From: Antechinus flavipes
Taxonomy: Eukaryota
Assembly (NCBI RefSeq): GCF_016432865.1
Contig: NC_067404.1
Span: forward strand, 84,878,001-84,942,000
Direction: 5' to 3'
Length of the DNA: 64,000 bases
The notes beneath the pieces are model-generated. The model did not search any database. It had not been told where the DNA came from and saw nothing but the letters and a program-made list of their open reading frames with translations. A program made the position numbers and the translations under genes. This document shows, one piece after another, positions 36,350-47,100 of the stretch (its first letter is position 1; every line of letters starts with the position of its first letter).

Positions 36350-37411
36350 TACAGTGGCCGTCTGCGACCGTGAATCGGAGAGACGAGACATTCCTAGGAA
36401 GCTAGCGTGGTGTTGACTCGCAGGAACGCGCGGGCCCCCGCCGGCCTCACCTGGCCGTGGCCAAGCTCTCTCCCCGTCCCTAGCCCGCGGGGGCTCTACC
36501 TAGCCAAACCATGCGCACGGACAGCGCAGCACCTCCCGAACCGACAGCCCGGAGATCGTCCCAAGGTCGGTGGCCAACTAGGGTCCGCAGCTCCAGAAGT
36601 GGGAGCGGACCCGCCCTCCGTATCCTCTGTTCCTAGGAACAGGAGAGGGAGGGGCTAACGGATGCTTTCCTGGCACTCGGAGCTCTCTCATTGGCCGGCG
36701 AGGTTTCTGGAAGGAAGACCCGAAGTGGGCAAGAAGACGGAACGGGTGTTCCCGGCCTGCCCATTGGCCCACGATACCACTCGCCGTGCAGACTGCCAGG
36801 CGGGCGAAATAGGTCCAGGCAGCCCTGAGGTGAAGGGAGGCGGCGGACTGAGGAGCCCAGGCCAGTTTTTTTCTGTTCCCAGCAGATTCTTTGGTCCACA
36901 GCAGGCGTCTGTCAGGTCCCGGGGCGGGACAGACAGCAGCCTAGGCATCGTATTGGCCGAAAGGACGTTTAATTCGCGTAACCACGCCTCCGGAGCTCGA
37001 GGATAGGCGGCCTTGGAGTTTCTCCTCGGGGCTGGAGAAGGGAGAGGCAGGGGGCCGGGGGGCGGGGCTCGGAGCCTACGAACTCAGGCACCGGCCCCGC
37101 CCTCAGCCTCGGCCCCGCCCTCGACCCCCGGCCCGGCCCCGGCCCGGCCCCGGTCCCGGTGCGCTGCTTCTGCCTTCTCCCCACCCCGGGCAGCGGCCTT
37201 GACGCCCCAGGGTGAGTCCTGGACCCCGAGGCCCGGGCGAGGGGGGAGCGGTGATGACGGCGGTCGGACCGGGGCCGGGCTGGGAGTGGCCTTTCTTGGC
37301 CCCATTACCTCCGGCGGATCCGGGGGGTCAGTGGAAGGCAGGCAGACAGGCAGGCCGGAGGAACGGCCAAGCGCTCACAGGACTGTTCTGCCCAAACCCA
37401 GGGCTGCGGAG
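36350..37411. promoter_or_regulatory. MON1B: MON1B CpG-island promoter and non-coding exon 1 (ends 37211)
   Basis: CpG-rich with GC boxes; donor G|GTGAGT at 37211/37212; acceptor at 37400-37401, 10 nt before the ATG. Confidence 0.75.
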
Positions 37412-38501
37412 ATGGAGGCCCGAGGAGGTGTTGGCGGCGGCTCCGCTCCAGCCCCGGAAGCCTCCGGCGACCCAGCGAGGCCCTTCAGGGTTGCCAGTGC
37501 TCAGGAGCCCGAGGGAGCCCCGAGCAGCCCGGAGGCTTGTGGGCCCCCCGGAGCTGATGAGGAGCTTCCGGGGGCCCTGGCAGGGCCCGAGAAAGAGGCC
37601 CCCACTCACCTAGGTGAGCTCAGCTTAGACCCCACAGAGGGGGCACGTGGGGCTTCGGTGCCACCCCCAGTGACTTAGACCAGGCCCGTTGTTCATGCCA
37701 GTCTGGGATTAGAGCAGACCCAGAAAGGCTGGGGGTGGGGGGGAGCGGGGGAAGCGATTAACTGGTGGCCTTGCATAATAGCCTGGCCAGTCCTTGGGAA
37801 ACTTACAGGAGGCCTTCTGTTCCAGGTGTGCATGAGCTTTCAGGCCAGACCTCCTTGGAGAAAAAGGATAATAAAGGAAGCAAGGACGCAGGAAGGGCAG
37901 GTAAAATGCCTGGCACTGGTGACAGCAGCCAAAGAGGGGAACTGGCGGCTCCTGGACCTCGAGATGAGGAGGATGTGACGGCTGAGGGTTGGAGAAGCAG
38001 GCGAAAGCATGTGTTCGTGCTGAGTGAGGCTGGGAAGCCCATCTATTCCCGCTATGGCAATGAGGAGGCCCTGTCTGCCACCATGGGTGTGATGATGGCC
38101 CTAGTCTCATTCATCCAAAGTGGGGACAATGCCATCCGTTCTATCTACTCAGGTACCACCTTATCCTGTTTCCTCCAACACAGTTTTACATGCACATATA
38201 TACACACATACACATATATATACACACACTCACCCATATCTCCCCACACCCATACACCCTCATATACACACACCCCCTACATCCCCATATACACATACCC
38301 CTATACACACACACACCCATACACTCCTACATACATATCCCACTATACACACATACACATACCCCCATATACACACAAACATACCCATACACCCCTTATA
38401 CATACATATGCATATCCATACACTCCCATATACACACACAAACACACATCCATACACCCCATTTACATCCCCATAAACACTCCCACACCCATACACCCCC
38501 A

Positions 38502-38551
<50 letters not shown>

Positions 38552-41296
38552 GTTGCCCTCCCCTTTCTTCCTAGCAAATCTGGGAGAGGCCCAAAGTAGT
38601 TCCATCCAGGGTCATGAAGTCATGGCTCTCGCCCTTTCCTTCTGAAGCTGGAAAGACATCCTAGACCATTTAGGCCAAACCCTTCATTTGACAGCTGAAA
38701 AGGGCCCCGAGTGTGACACAAGTAGTCAGCATCTGAATTGGGGACCAGTTTGAAGCCAAGTACACCAACCCACAATCCAGGGCATTTTGGTTTTTTTGAA
38801 TCAAACCAGGCTGTCTCCTAAAGCCACTCTGAATTCCATTTCCATAAGAAACTCAGCTTAGAGCAGAATCTAAATTCCCAAGTACAGTGGGAACTTCCAA
38901 CTCAGAAAATCGCATAGCAGACCCAGAACGAGACTTAAAGATCACCTCCGTTTTCCTGAGGAGGCGGCAGGCCCAGTGAGAAGAATGAACTTGCCCGAGC
39001 TCACGCAGTGAGTCACTGACAGAGTCGGTACAGGCTAAACTTGCTTGGGGAGAGAATGAAGGGACTTGCCTATTTGCCCTGGCGGGGGCCCCGATCTCCT
39101 CAGTTTTTTCATTTCTTTTCCTTCCTCCATGACAGATGATCGAACATTGGTCTTCTTGCAGCAAGGTCCTCTGGTGCTGGTCGCGGTGTCCAGGACCCCC
39201 CAGTCGGCAGCACAGCTCCGTTGTGAACTCCTAGGAGTGCACGCCCAGATTGTGAGCGTGCTCACGCGGGCTGGCGTGGCTCGAGTGTTTGAGCGCCAGA
39301 GGAGCTATGACTTGCGCAGGCTCCTGGCTGGCTCCGAACGGATCCTCGACAGCCTGCTAGACGGGGCCGAACGGGAGCCGGGCTTCCTGCTGGGCGCCGT
39401 GCGTTGCCTGCCCCTGCCGGCGCCATTCCGGGACAGCCTGGGTGCCCTCCTGCAGCGGGCCACGGCACCCAGCCTAGCCTTCTCCATCTTGGCTGCTGGC
39501 CGCCACCTGGTCACGGCGGCACAAGAGAGGGCTGTCCTGGAAGACTGCCGCCTTGACCCGGCGGATCTCCACCTGCTCCTGAACTTGGTGGGAGCATCTT
39601 CGGCCTTCCGGGCCGGGGAGGTCTGGGCTCCCGTCTGCCTGCCTCGCTTCAACCCCGATGGCTTTTTTTACGCTTATGTCAGTTACCTAGGTGACAACAC
39701 TGACTACGCTATCTGCCTCGTGCTCCTCTCAACTGACCGGGAGGCCTTCCATGCCCTGGCGGGCTGCAAGCGGATAGTTGAAGAGGGTCTGCAGGCCCTG
39801 GGTGCCTCCCGGGTTCTTGCCAGCGGGGGGGTGGGGCTGCCCTCCTATGGGGTCAGTGCAGTCGGCACCCCTGACCTACGGCACTTCCTCTACAAGCCTT
39901 TTGACGTCCCTGACAACTATCGACAGCTGCCGCAGTTCACCAGGTGACTGTGGGTCATCGCTTCTGGGAGGATTTCCGGAGGGAGGGAAGGAGGGGGTTG
40001 TGGAGAGGGGTGGAGAAGGGAAGGGAAGAGGAGAGGAGTTGGAGAAAAGAGAAGAAGGATCCCTTTTGACAGATCGTTCTGACCCCCATCCCCCACCAGC
40101 CCAGAGATGGAGGGCCCGTATGCCAGCGAGTGTGAACGCCAGAGGCTCTTCGACCTCTACTATCACCTGCACGGGCGTCTGCATTCCCCGTCGAGGCCCC
40201 TTCGGCTCATCTATCACGTGGCTGAGAAGGAGACCCTGCTTGCTTGGGTGAGCTGGGTTCCTGCTGTGGTTCAGAGCAAGTCTGAGACAGAGACCCCTAA
40301 GAAGGAGAAGGTTTCCCTACTCTGGGATTTTCTGGGGTTCGCAACATTCAAGTTAAGCAAACGCCAAACTCCGACGATATGTATTGGAGGCTCTTTGCAC
40401 AGATTCGAGGCCGGCTCCAAAGGAAGCGACAGGGGGAGAGAGGGTTGAGAGCCTGCCCTTCGAGGGAAGCCACCACACCGTTACGGGCCTAAGCTGCTCA
40501 GGGCACTGGGGAGGGTTAGCCAGCGATCTAGAAGCAGGGGACTCAGAATTGGAAGAGTATTTAGTAATAACAATGCCACACCTTCGCCTTCTGAGTCATG
40601 TTTTAAAGTAAAATTGAGAGTCCCCAAACTTTCTGTTCACCAGAGTGCTCCACTCCTGGCCCAGGGAAAGCTCAGACATCCAGAATAGCTGCTGTTACAG
40701 AGGGGCAGGGCCTTAGCCAAGGCTCACTAGCTAGAGCGAGTGGGAAGAGCCCGTGCCACTCCGTGATCTGAGCTAGAGGTTCATCCAAGGGAAGGGCAGC
40801 TCTCTATGGAGTCAGGTGAACGGAGCTCCGTAGAGAGACAAGAGTTCTGCTTCTTGGCAGCAATCTGGAGCTGGAAGAGACCCGAGAGGTCACTGAATCC
40901 AACCTTATTTCATGGAGGAGGAAACTGGGGGCCCCGGGTCAAGGCTCACACAGCTCCAAAGGGCCTGCAGCTGGGATAGGAACGCAGGGCAGCTTTTAAC
41001 TGCAGCTTTTGGTTCCGGGGGGCCAGGCAGGGCAGCCAGGCCCCCTGGAGTTGGAGAGCACCCTTCTGAGTTCTCATTTTTCCTCGCAGGTGACACCAAA
41101 ATTTGAACTTTATGCCTGCTTTAACCCACTGGTGACAAAATCAGGTGCCATCCATGCTGTTACCAAGCTTCTGCGTTGGGTGAAGAGGGAGGAAGACCGA
41201 CTCTTCATCCGATACCCTCCAAAGTACTCAACTGCCCCTGGCCCAGCCCGCCACGGGCCCAACAGGACTGATTCTGCCCTGGAGAACGGCCTTTGA
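37412..41296 (+). CDS. MON1B: MON1B, vacuolar fusion protein / Rab7 GEF subunit (563 aa, intact)
   Basis: Coding exons 37412-37613, 37826-38152, 39136-39943, 40100-40247, 41090-41296 total 1692 nt. Conserved motifs: [68 protein letters not shown] at 41843-41848. Confidence 0.96.
38175..38550 (+). repeat. Degenerate CA/TA-rich simple repeat in MON1B intron 3
   Basis: cacatacacccc-type units ending in pure (CA)n. Confidence 0.9.
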
Positions 41297-44129
41297 GATT
41301 CTGCTAAAGTCCATGTCCCTCTTTGGAGGGAGACTTATCCCTTACTGTTCCTCCCTAAAGGCCAAGCAGGAAGCTGTGAGGGCCCATCTCTGTGTCCATA
41401 AGAGTCATTGGGGGGGGTGCTTTTTTCCATGTGTTGGTGACTTTCAGTGTGTGTTGGGGAGGTGGGGAGGCAGATCTGTGTGGAAGGATCAAGCCTTTGT
41501 GGGTTGCTCTGAGGTCGTGGCTCTGGGAGTAGCTAGGAGAGTCCTTTTGTCCGGCTATGCTGGGCTTTCCCGGGGAAGGGGGGGGGGCCCTCATCCATTG
41601 GCACCTCTCCCTTTTGACCGTCCCAAGCTGCAGTTTATGTGTGAGTCACTGAGAGGCGTCATCTGTCCCTCTCCTTGGGCTCAGCCAGAAATAGCTTCCG
41701 AGTTCTGAACAGTTCCTCCTGGCCCCTCACTGGGCCCTGCCCAACCTGTCGTCCCCCTTTTTTCACCCCACCTCCACCTGCCTGGCCTTTGACAAGGGGC
41801 ACTCTTTTGCCACCTTAAGGCTCTGACTTAAATGAGAGCAGAAATAAAAGATTTTTTAAAAAGATCCCCTTTCCTTGACTCTGTCCCAGCCTCTTTCCTG
41901 ATCCCTACATTGGAGTGAGAGATACTACATAAACTTTCACCTGCTGGGAAGGCTCAGGGCAGCCCTACTCCAGCTACCTCCAGGCCTCCCCCTTTCTCGT
42001 CCCCCATTTTAGCGGGGAAGGATCGACAGTAGCCGTGGTACTTCGATGGACCTGGGGGATGCCAGACGTAGGACTTGCAATCCGACAAAGGAAAGGAAAT
42101 ACAAAGCAGCTGGATTGGGTGCTAAGCTCATAGTTGCCATGGACCCAAGTGACCTGCAGAGGTTTTGGGCCAAGGCCCTCTCCCAGCTTCTTTCCTCTTG
42201 GTCATACTCTTCAGTCCCGGTCCCACCCCCAGATTCAGGTACAGTTCCCTCCGGTCTCTTAATGACCTTGACAAACCTTGGGTTGGAGGGGAGCCGGTTA
42301 GGACTCAGGAAGTTTAGGATTTGCAGTCAGAACATGTGGCTGTGAACCCCGGCCTTCTTATTCAAGCCCCATGGAGATACTCTGGGGTTTGGGCTGAGCC
42401 CATAAAAGATACCAATGTAGCTCACTGAGCACTTTATCAAAAGGAGCCCTATTACAGGAAGCTGGTGGGTTATTCAAGCACCACCTCCACCGGGGGTGAG
42501 GCGGATTTCTTCTGCCAAGAGCCTTTGGGATATTTATAACAGCACTTGGGAGCCACACAAAGCGATCGACAGAATGAGTTCAAGCAGCTGGAGGTGGCTG
42601 CCACCCACTGTTGCCTTGGCAGGGCCAGACTCAATGATTTTAGGGGCCCTACTGGGCTGGATGTTCCTCAGCCCTGATGTATATTAACACCCTGAGTTCA
42701 TTCACCCCTTACCCCCCTGTCCCGCTGGGATTTCTCAGGGAGTCTTGCCTTCAGACTCTTCTCCAAGGCCTTCCCAATGAGTCACCTTTGCACCCAAAGC
42801 TTCCTCCATTGCTCTAGGGGCCATTTCTGGCCCAGGCGCATTTCAAATGCCACCAAGGTCATACCTGTGACTGCTCCTGCCTCTGGGAAGGTGGAAGGGA
42901 AGATGTTGAACATGAATCCTGAATGTATCTCCATTCACAGAAAATTGGAGCTCATTTTTCAGGGGTTAGCTTCTCCCCCACTTCATACTCTCTCCATCCC
43001 AATGATTCGGAGCCCCCAGCCACAGACTTCCATTCTCCCTTCCCAACAGTCTTTACTCATCTTCACTTCTGAAGCCTCCCCCACTCCATGCCCCATGTCA
43101 ACTCTGCCCACCTAGTCCAATGTGTACCATAAGGAACATCTGAACCTTTCTGACTCCAACTTCTGGCTGCCCTCTGTGCAGATTGGTTGCACTTCTTGAC
43201 CTCCCTGGTCAAGTCTGGGGAGGCAGAATGGCCATTGCTGCTTCCGGGCTTGAGCTCTCTAGCACCTTCCTTCACGATCGGTTTAAATTGGTCAGCTAAT
43301 CTCCATCTTCTCTACCATTACCTAGAACTGTTCCCTGCTTTTGCAAACAGTCTTCATCGACAAGGTCAGGCCCGATTCATACCCTCCTTTCTCAACTCCC
43401 ACCCTTGTCCTTGTTGTTTGTCCAACTCTCCATGACCCCAATTGGGGCCTTTCTTGGCAAAGATCCTCTAGTGGTTGGTCATTTCCTTGTCCAGCTCATT
43501 TGACAGATGAGGAAAATGAGGCAAGAAGGGCTAAGGGACTTGCCCAGAGTCAGGACATTTCTGACGGCAGGGTATGGATCTCCGGTCTTCCTGACCAGGA
43601 GTGGCGCTCTATCCATTTTGCCATCTGGCTACCCTACCCTCGTACTAGAGAAAGTCTATTCTAGCCCCTCAAACACTACCAGAATTCCATCTATATAAAT
43701 GCCCGTTAAAAACATCATCTCATTAGATCCCCACCACAACCCTGAGAGGCCTATCCTTTTACAATTGAGGAAACTGAGGCAGAAGTTAAGGCCGAGACCA
43801 AGCTAAGAAGTATCTGAGACCGGATGTGAATCTGGAACTCGGCTTTAGGTCCCGCATTGTACCCTGTGCTGACTAACTGCCTGCGGCTTCCACACCCCCA
43901 GGGCCAGAATTTTCTACTTACCTGCGGTCTTTGGTCTTCGGTGCCCCAACATTCGGAAGGGCCCTGCTCTCCTCTAGGCCTTCTGCTGCAGCGCGGCCAC
44001 CTACTCTAGGGCGAGGAGGAGGGGCGCAGCTTGGTCCCTTCTCCAAGCATAAAAGTTTAAATACTTGGAGATTTGGGGGGGGCAGAGAGGGCTGAGGAGG
44101 GAAGGGGTGGTGGAGGGGGTGGCGGGGAA

Positions 44130-47100
44130 ATGAGGGAGAAAGGGGTGAGACGGCATGGCGAGGTAAGACGAGGTGCGCATGCGTATCCATGGCTGGACGC
44201 TTGGAACTTCTTTCCTGGGCGGAAGGTGCAGCATCTTCCGGGGTGCAGCACTGTGCAGGGTGCAGTAAGACCACTTCACTCTGTGCATGCGCTCTCAGTA
44301 GGAAAAAGAGCGGGAAAGGGGGCTGCTCGCAACACTCGTGACCGGGAGCAGCAGGCTGAAGGGTGAGAGAGGGAGGGAGCAGAGCCGGGCTTCCAGTAAG
44401 GCGGGAACGGGGTTTGGAGAACCCCCAAATGCTTTCCTCTCTGGGAGCTTTGGCTTGCGCAGCGCCCCACGCTTTATAGCTTCAGGATGCCACCCACCCA
44501 GCCCATCCACACCCCAAAGGGCTGTACGTCCAGAGCTCAGGAGCCTGGGATGAGGGGCTGTCGGGAGCAGGGGCCACCCTAGGGGCCACGGGGCAGCACG
44601 GTCGGGAGCAGGGGCAGCGGCCGCATGGCGAGGTGCAGGGATGGGACAAGGGACGGTAGCGGAACCCAGAGTGGGGAGGTATGGCCGAGACGGGGCTGCG
44701 GGGTGTGTGCCTGAGAGCACGGGCGGTGGCCACATGGTCCGGAGCAGGCCCCGAGGGAGGAGGCGGCCTGAGGGCTGCGGCGTGTGCCTGAGAGCACGGG
44801 CGGTGGCCACGTGGCCCAGAGCAGGCCCCGAGGGGGAAGGTGGCCTGGCCAGGACCGTAGCAGAGCCCAGAGCAGGGGCGGCATGGCGGAGAGAGGGCTG
44901 CGGGGCGTGTGCCTGGGAGTACGGTGGTGGCCACATGGCCCGGAGCAGGCCCCGAGGGGGAAGGCGGCCTGGCTGGGAACAGGGGTGGCTGCCGGATAGG
45001 ATGAGGGTCGGAAGCAGAGCCCAGAGTGGGGCGGCATAGCCGAGAGAGGGCTGTGGCATGTGCCTGGGAGCATGGGTGGTGGCCACATGGCCCGGAGTGG
45101 GGTAATGCGGTAGCCCAGAGCAGGCCCCGAAGGGGGAGGCGGCCTGGCCAGGAGCAGGGGTGGGAAAAGGGATGGTAGTGGAGCCGAGCTGGGCAGCATG
45201 GCCGAGAGGGGTCTGTGGCGTGTGTGCCCGGGAGCACAGGCGGTGGCCACATGGCCCTGAGCAGAGGCTGCTGCATGGCCCGGAGCAGGGGCGCCCCCAG
45301 GGGGTGGTAGCTGGGAGCAGGCCCTGAGGGGCCAAGGCCTGACCTGGAGCAGGGACACAAGTGAGGAGCAGGCCCCCAGACCAGGCCCAATCTCTATAAT
45401 GTTTTTTAAATGCTACTCAGGGGTCCCTGAAATGGGTCCCCTCCTTTGTTGCTTCTTGGTTTAATCATGCATCATTAGGAGTCTCCATTACATTTTTTGT
45501 GGTCTTCCCAGAAGCATCCATGGACTTGAATAACTGCCTAGCCTTAATCCCTTCTCTGGGCCTGGCTAGATAACTCCCTTCATCAGAATTTCTCTTGCTC
45601 CCTGTTTCATTTCTCTGAAAGAAATGATGAAGATCAGGAAAATATGTGACCAGGTTCAGAACCACTCTGGAAAGAAACTACTTTCTCCAGGTCCCTGGGC
45701 TCCCAGAAAGGGATGAGGTAGTTAAGAAACCCCTTTACAAAAGAAATAAACAAATCTATGCCCCCAATTTAAATTGTGCAATTTACTGGCAGGCCTTTTT
45801 CTAAGTATAAAGTGAGATTTGATCCTTACTTTTCCGTAACTATATTTTGTTTATTCCTTAGGAAATTCACATATTTGGTGATAGCAGAAGACCTGCTCCG
45901 GCTATTCAACAGGATGGAGGAAGGTAGTTGTTCTTCTCATTTTGTAGCTTTGTCACAGGTTGCTGACCCTGAGTGACCCCTCTGGACCTCCTTGACTAGA
46001 TCGTTGGCAAGCACTCTTCCTTTGAGCAATTCAGATCTTTCTAAAGGGGGAAAATCAGTAACAACCCTTGAATGACAATCAAAGGGTTCATCTCAAATGG
46101 GATTCCAAAAGGAACCACAGATTTGAAGGGTGTTAAAGAGGAAGCGTGGCAAAAAGCATTGCCAAAGAGCAGTGGAAGTGGAGGACCTCACCCAAGGTGG
46201 AAGTGAGGCTGACTGACTCCCTTTCCGTATCAGAGGCAGGGTAATGGAAATAGATTTCTGGACTTGGGGAAATGAGTGACTGAGTTCTAATCTTACCTCA
46301 GACACTAGGGAAGCGTCACTTTAACTCCTCTTAAGTCTTAGTTTTCTTGCTTATAAAAAGAGAATAGTCATAGCACCCACTTCATGGGGTTATGAGGATA
46401 GAATGAAATAATATATGTATTCTTTATAGACCTTATGGCACTATCAAAATGTGAGCTATTATTGAAGGGGCAGTGAAACTGTATTCCCTTTAAAATTATC
46501 ACTCTGAAATTGTGTCCCCTTTTGATCTGAGAGATCAGAATCTCCAAGGAGTCTAGAGAGAGGGCCCATCCTCCCAAGATGAGAGAAGCAACACTATTCA
46601 AGGGCAAATCAACACCCATTGATCTTTTGGAAAAGTCACATCCTTATTCAGGAAATTCTAAATTCTCATTCAATTGAGAAATTCTGGTCTGATCAGCTCA
46701 GGCTGCCCCAGCACTGCGTGCCCCCCCCCCCCCCAGAACTACTCATATAACAAGTTTCCTTTTACTCATTTCTTTGCAGAATGTCCAAAGCAGCTTGCTC
46801 TGCCTCTTTGGTAAAGCTGCTAGGACCCTGCCCGCTGAGAAGGCATTCTCTTCTCAGTGCCAGCCTCTATTTCCCTACTGGTACTTTGCCACTAAAGAAG
46901 TCAGTATCTTAGCAAAACTGGCTTCCTATCCAACAATAACCTTCCATTTTTACCAAATAATATTTCGGGTTTGTGAATTCCTTCACAAAGAACCTGTGCG
47001 GACCAAAAGGGGATTTTAACAACTCTCTGATTGCCACTAACCTTATCATTATCAGATCATTGAGGTACAATTTCTTAGGATTCCAGAATTGGAAGGTTGT

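Noticed and set aside
37765-38645. His/Thr-rich ORFs
   Set aside because: Read-through from MON1B exon 3 into a CA-rich simple repeat in intron 3
44295-45390. Long Pro/Ala-rich ORFs (346, 302, 259 aa) as a novel protein; CRISPR-like spacing of repeats
   Set aside because: By-product of a GC-rich minisatellite. Unit spacings are not multiples of 3, the inter-core sequences are related to each other rather than unique spacers, and the context is mammalian.
45624-45720. C-box-like ATGATGA suggesting an intronic C/D snoRNA
   Set aside because: No D box (CTGA) at a suitable distance and no terminal stem
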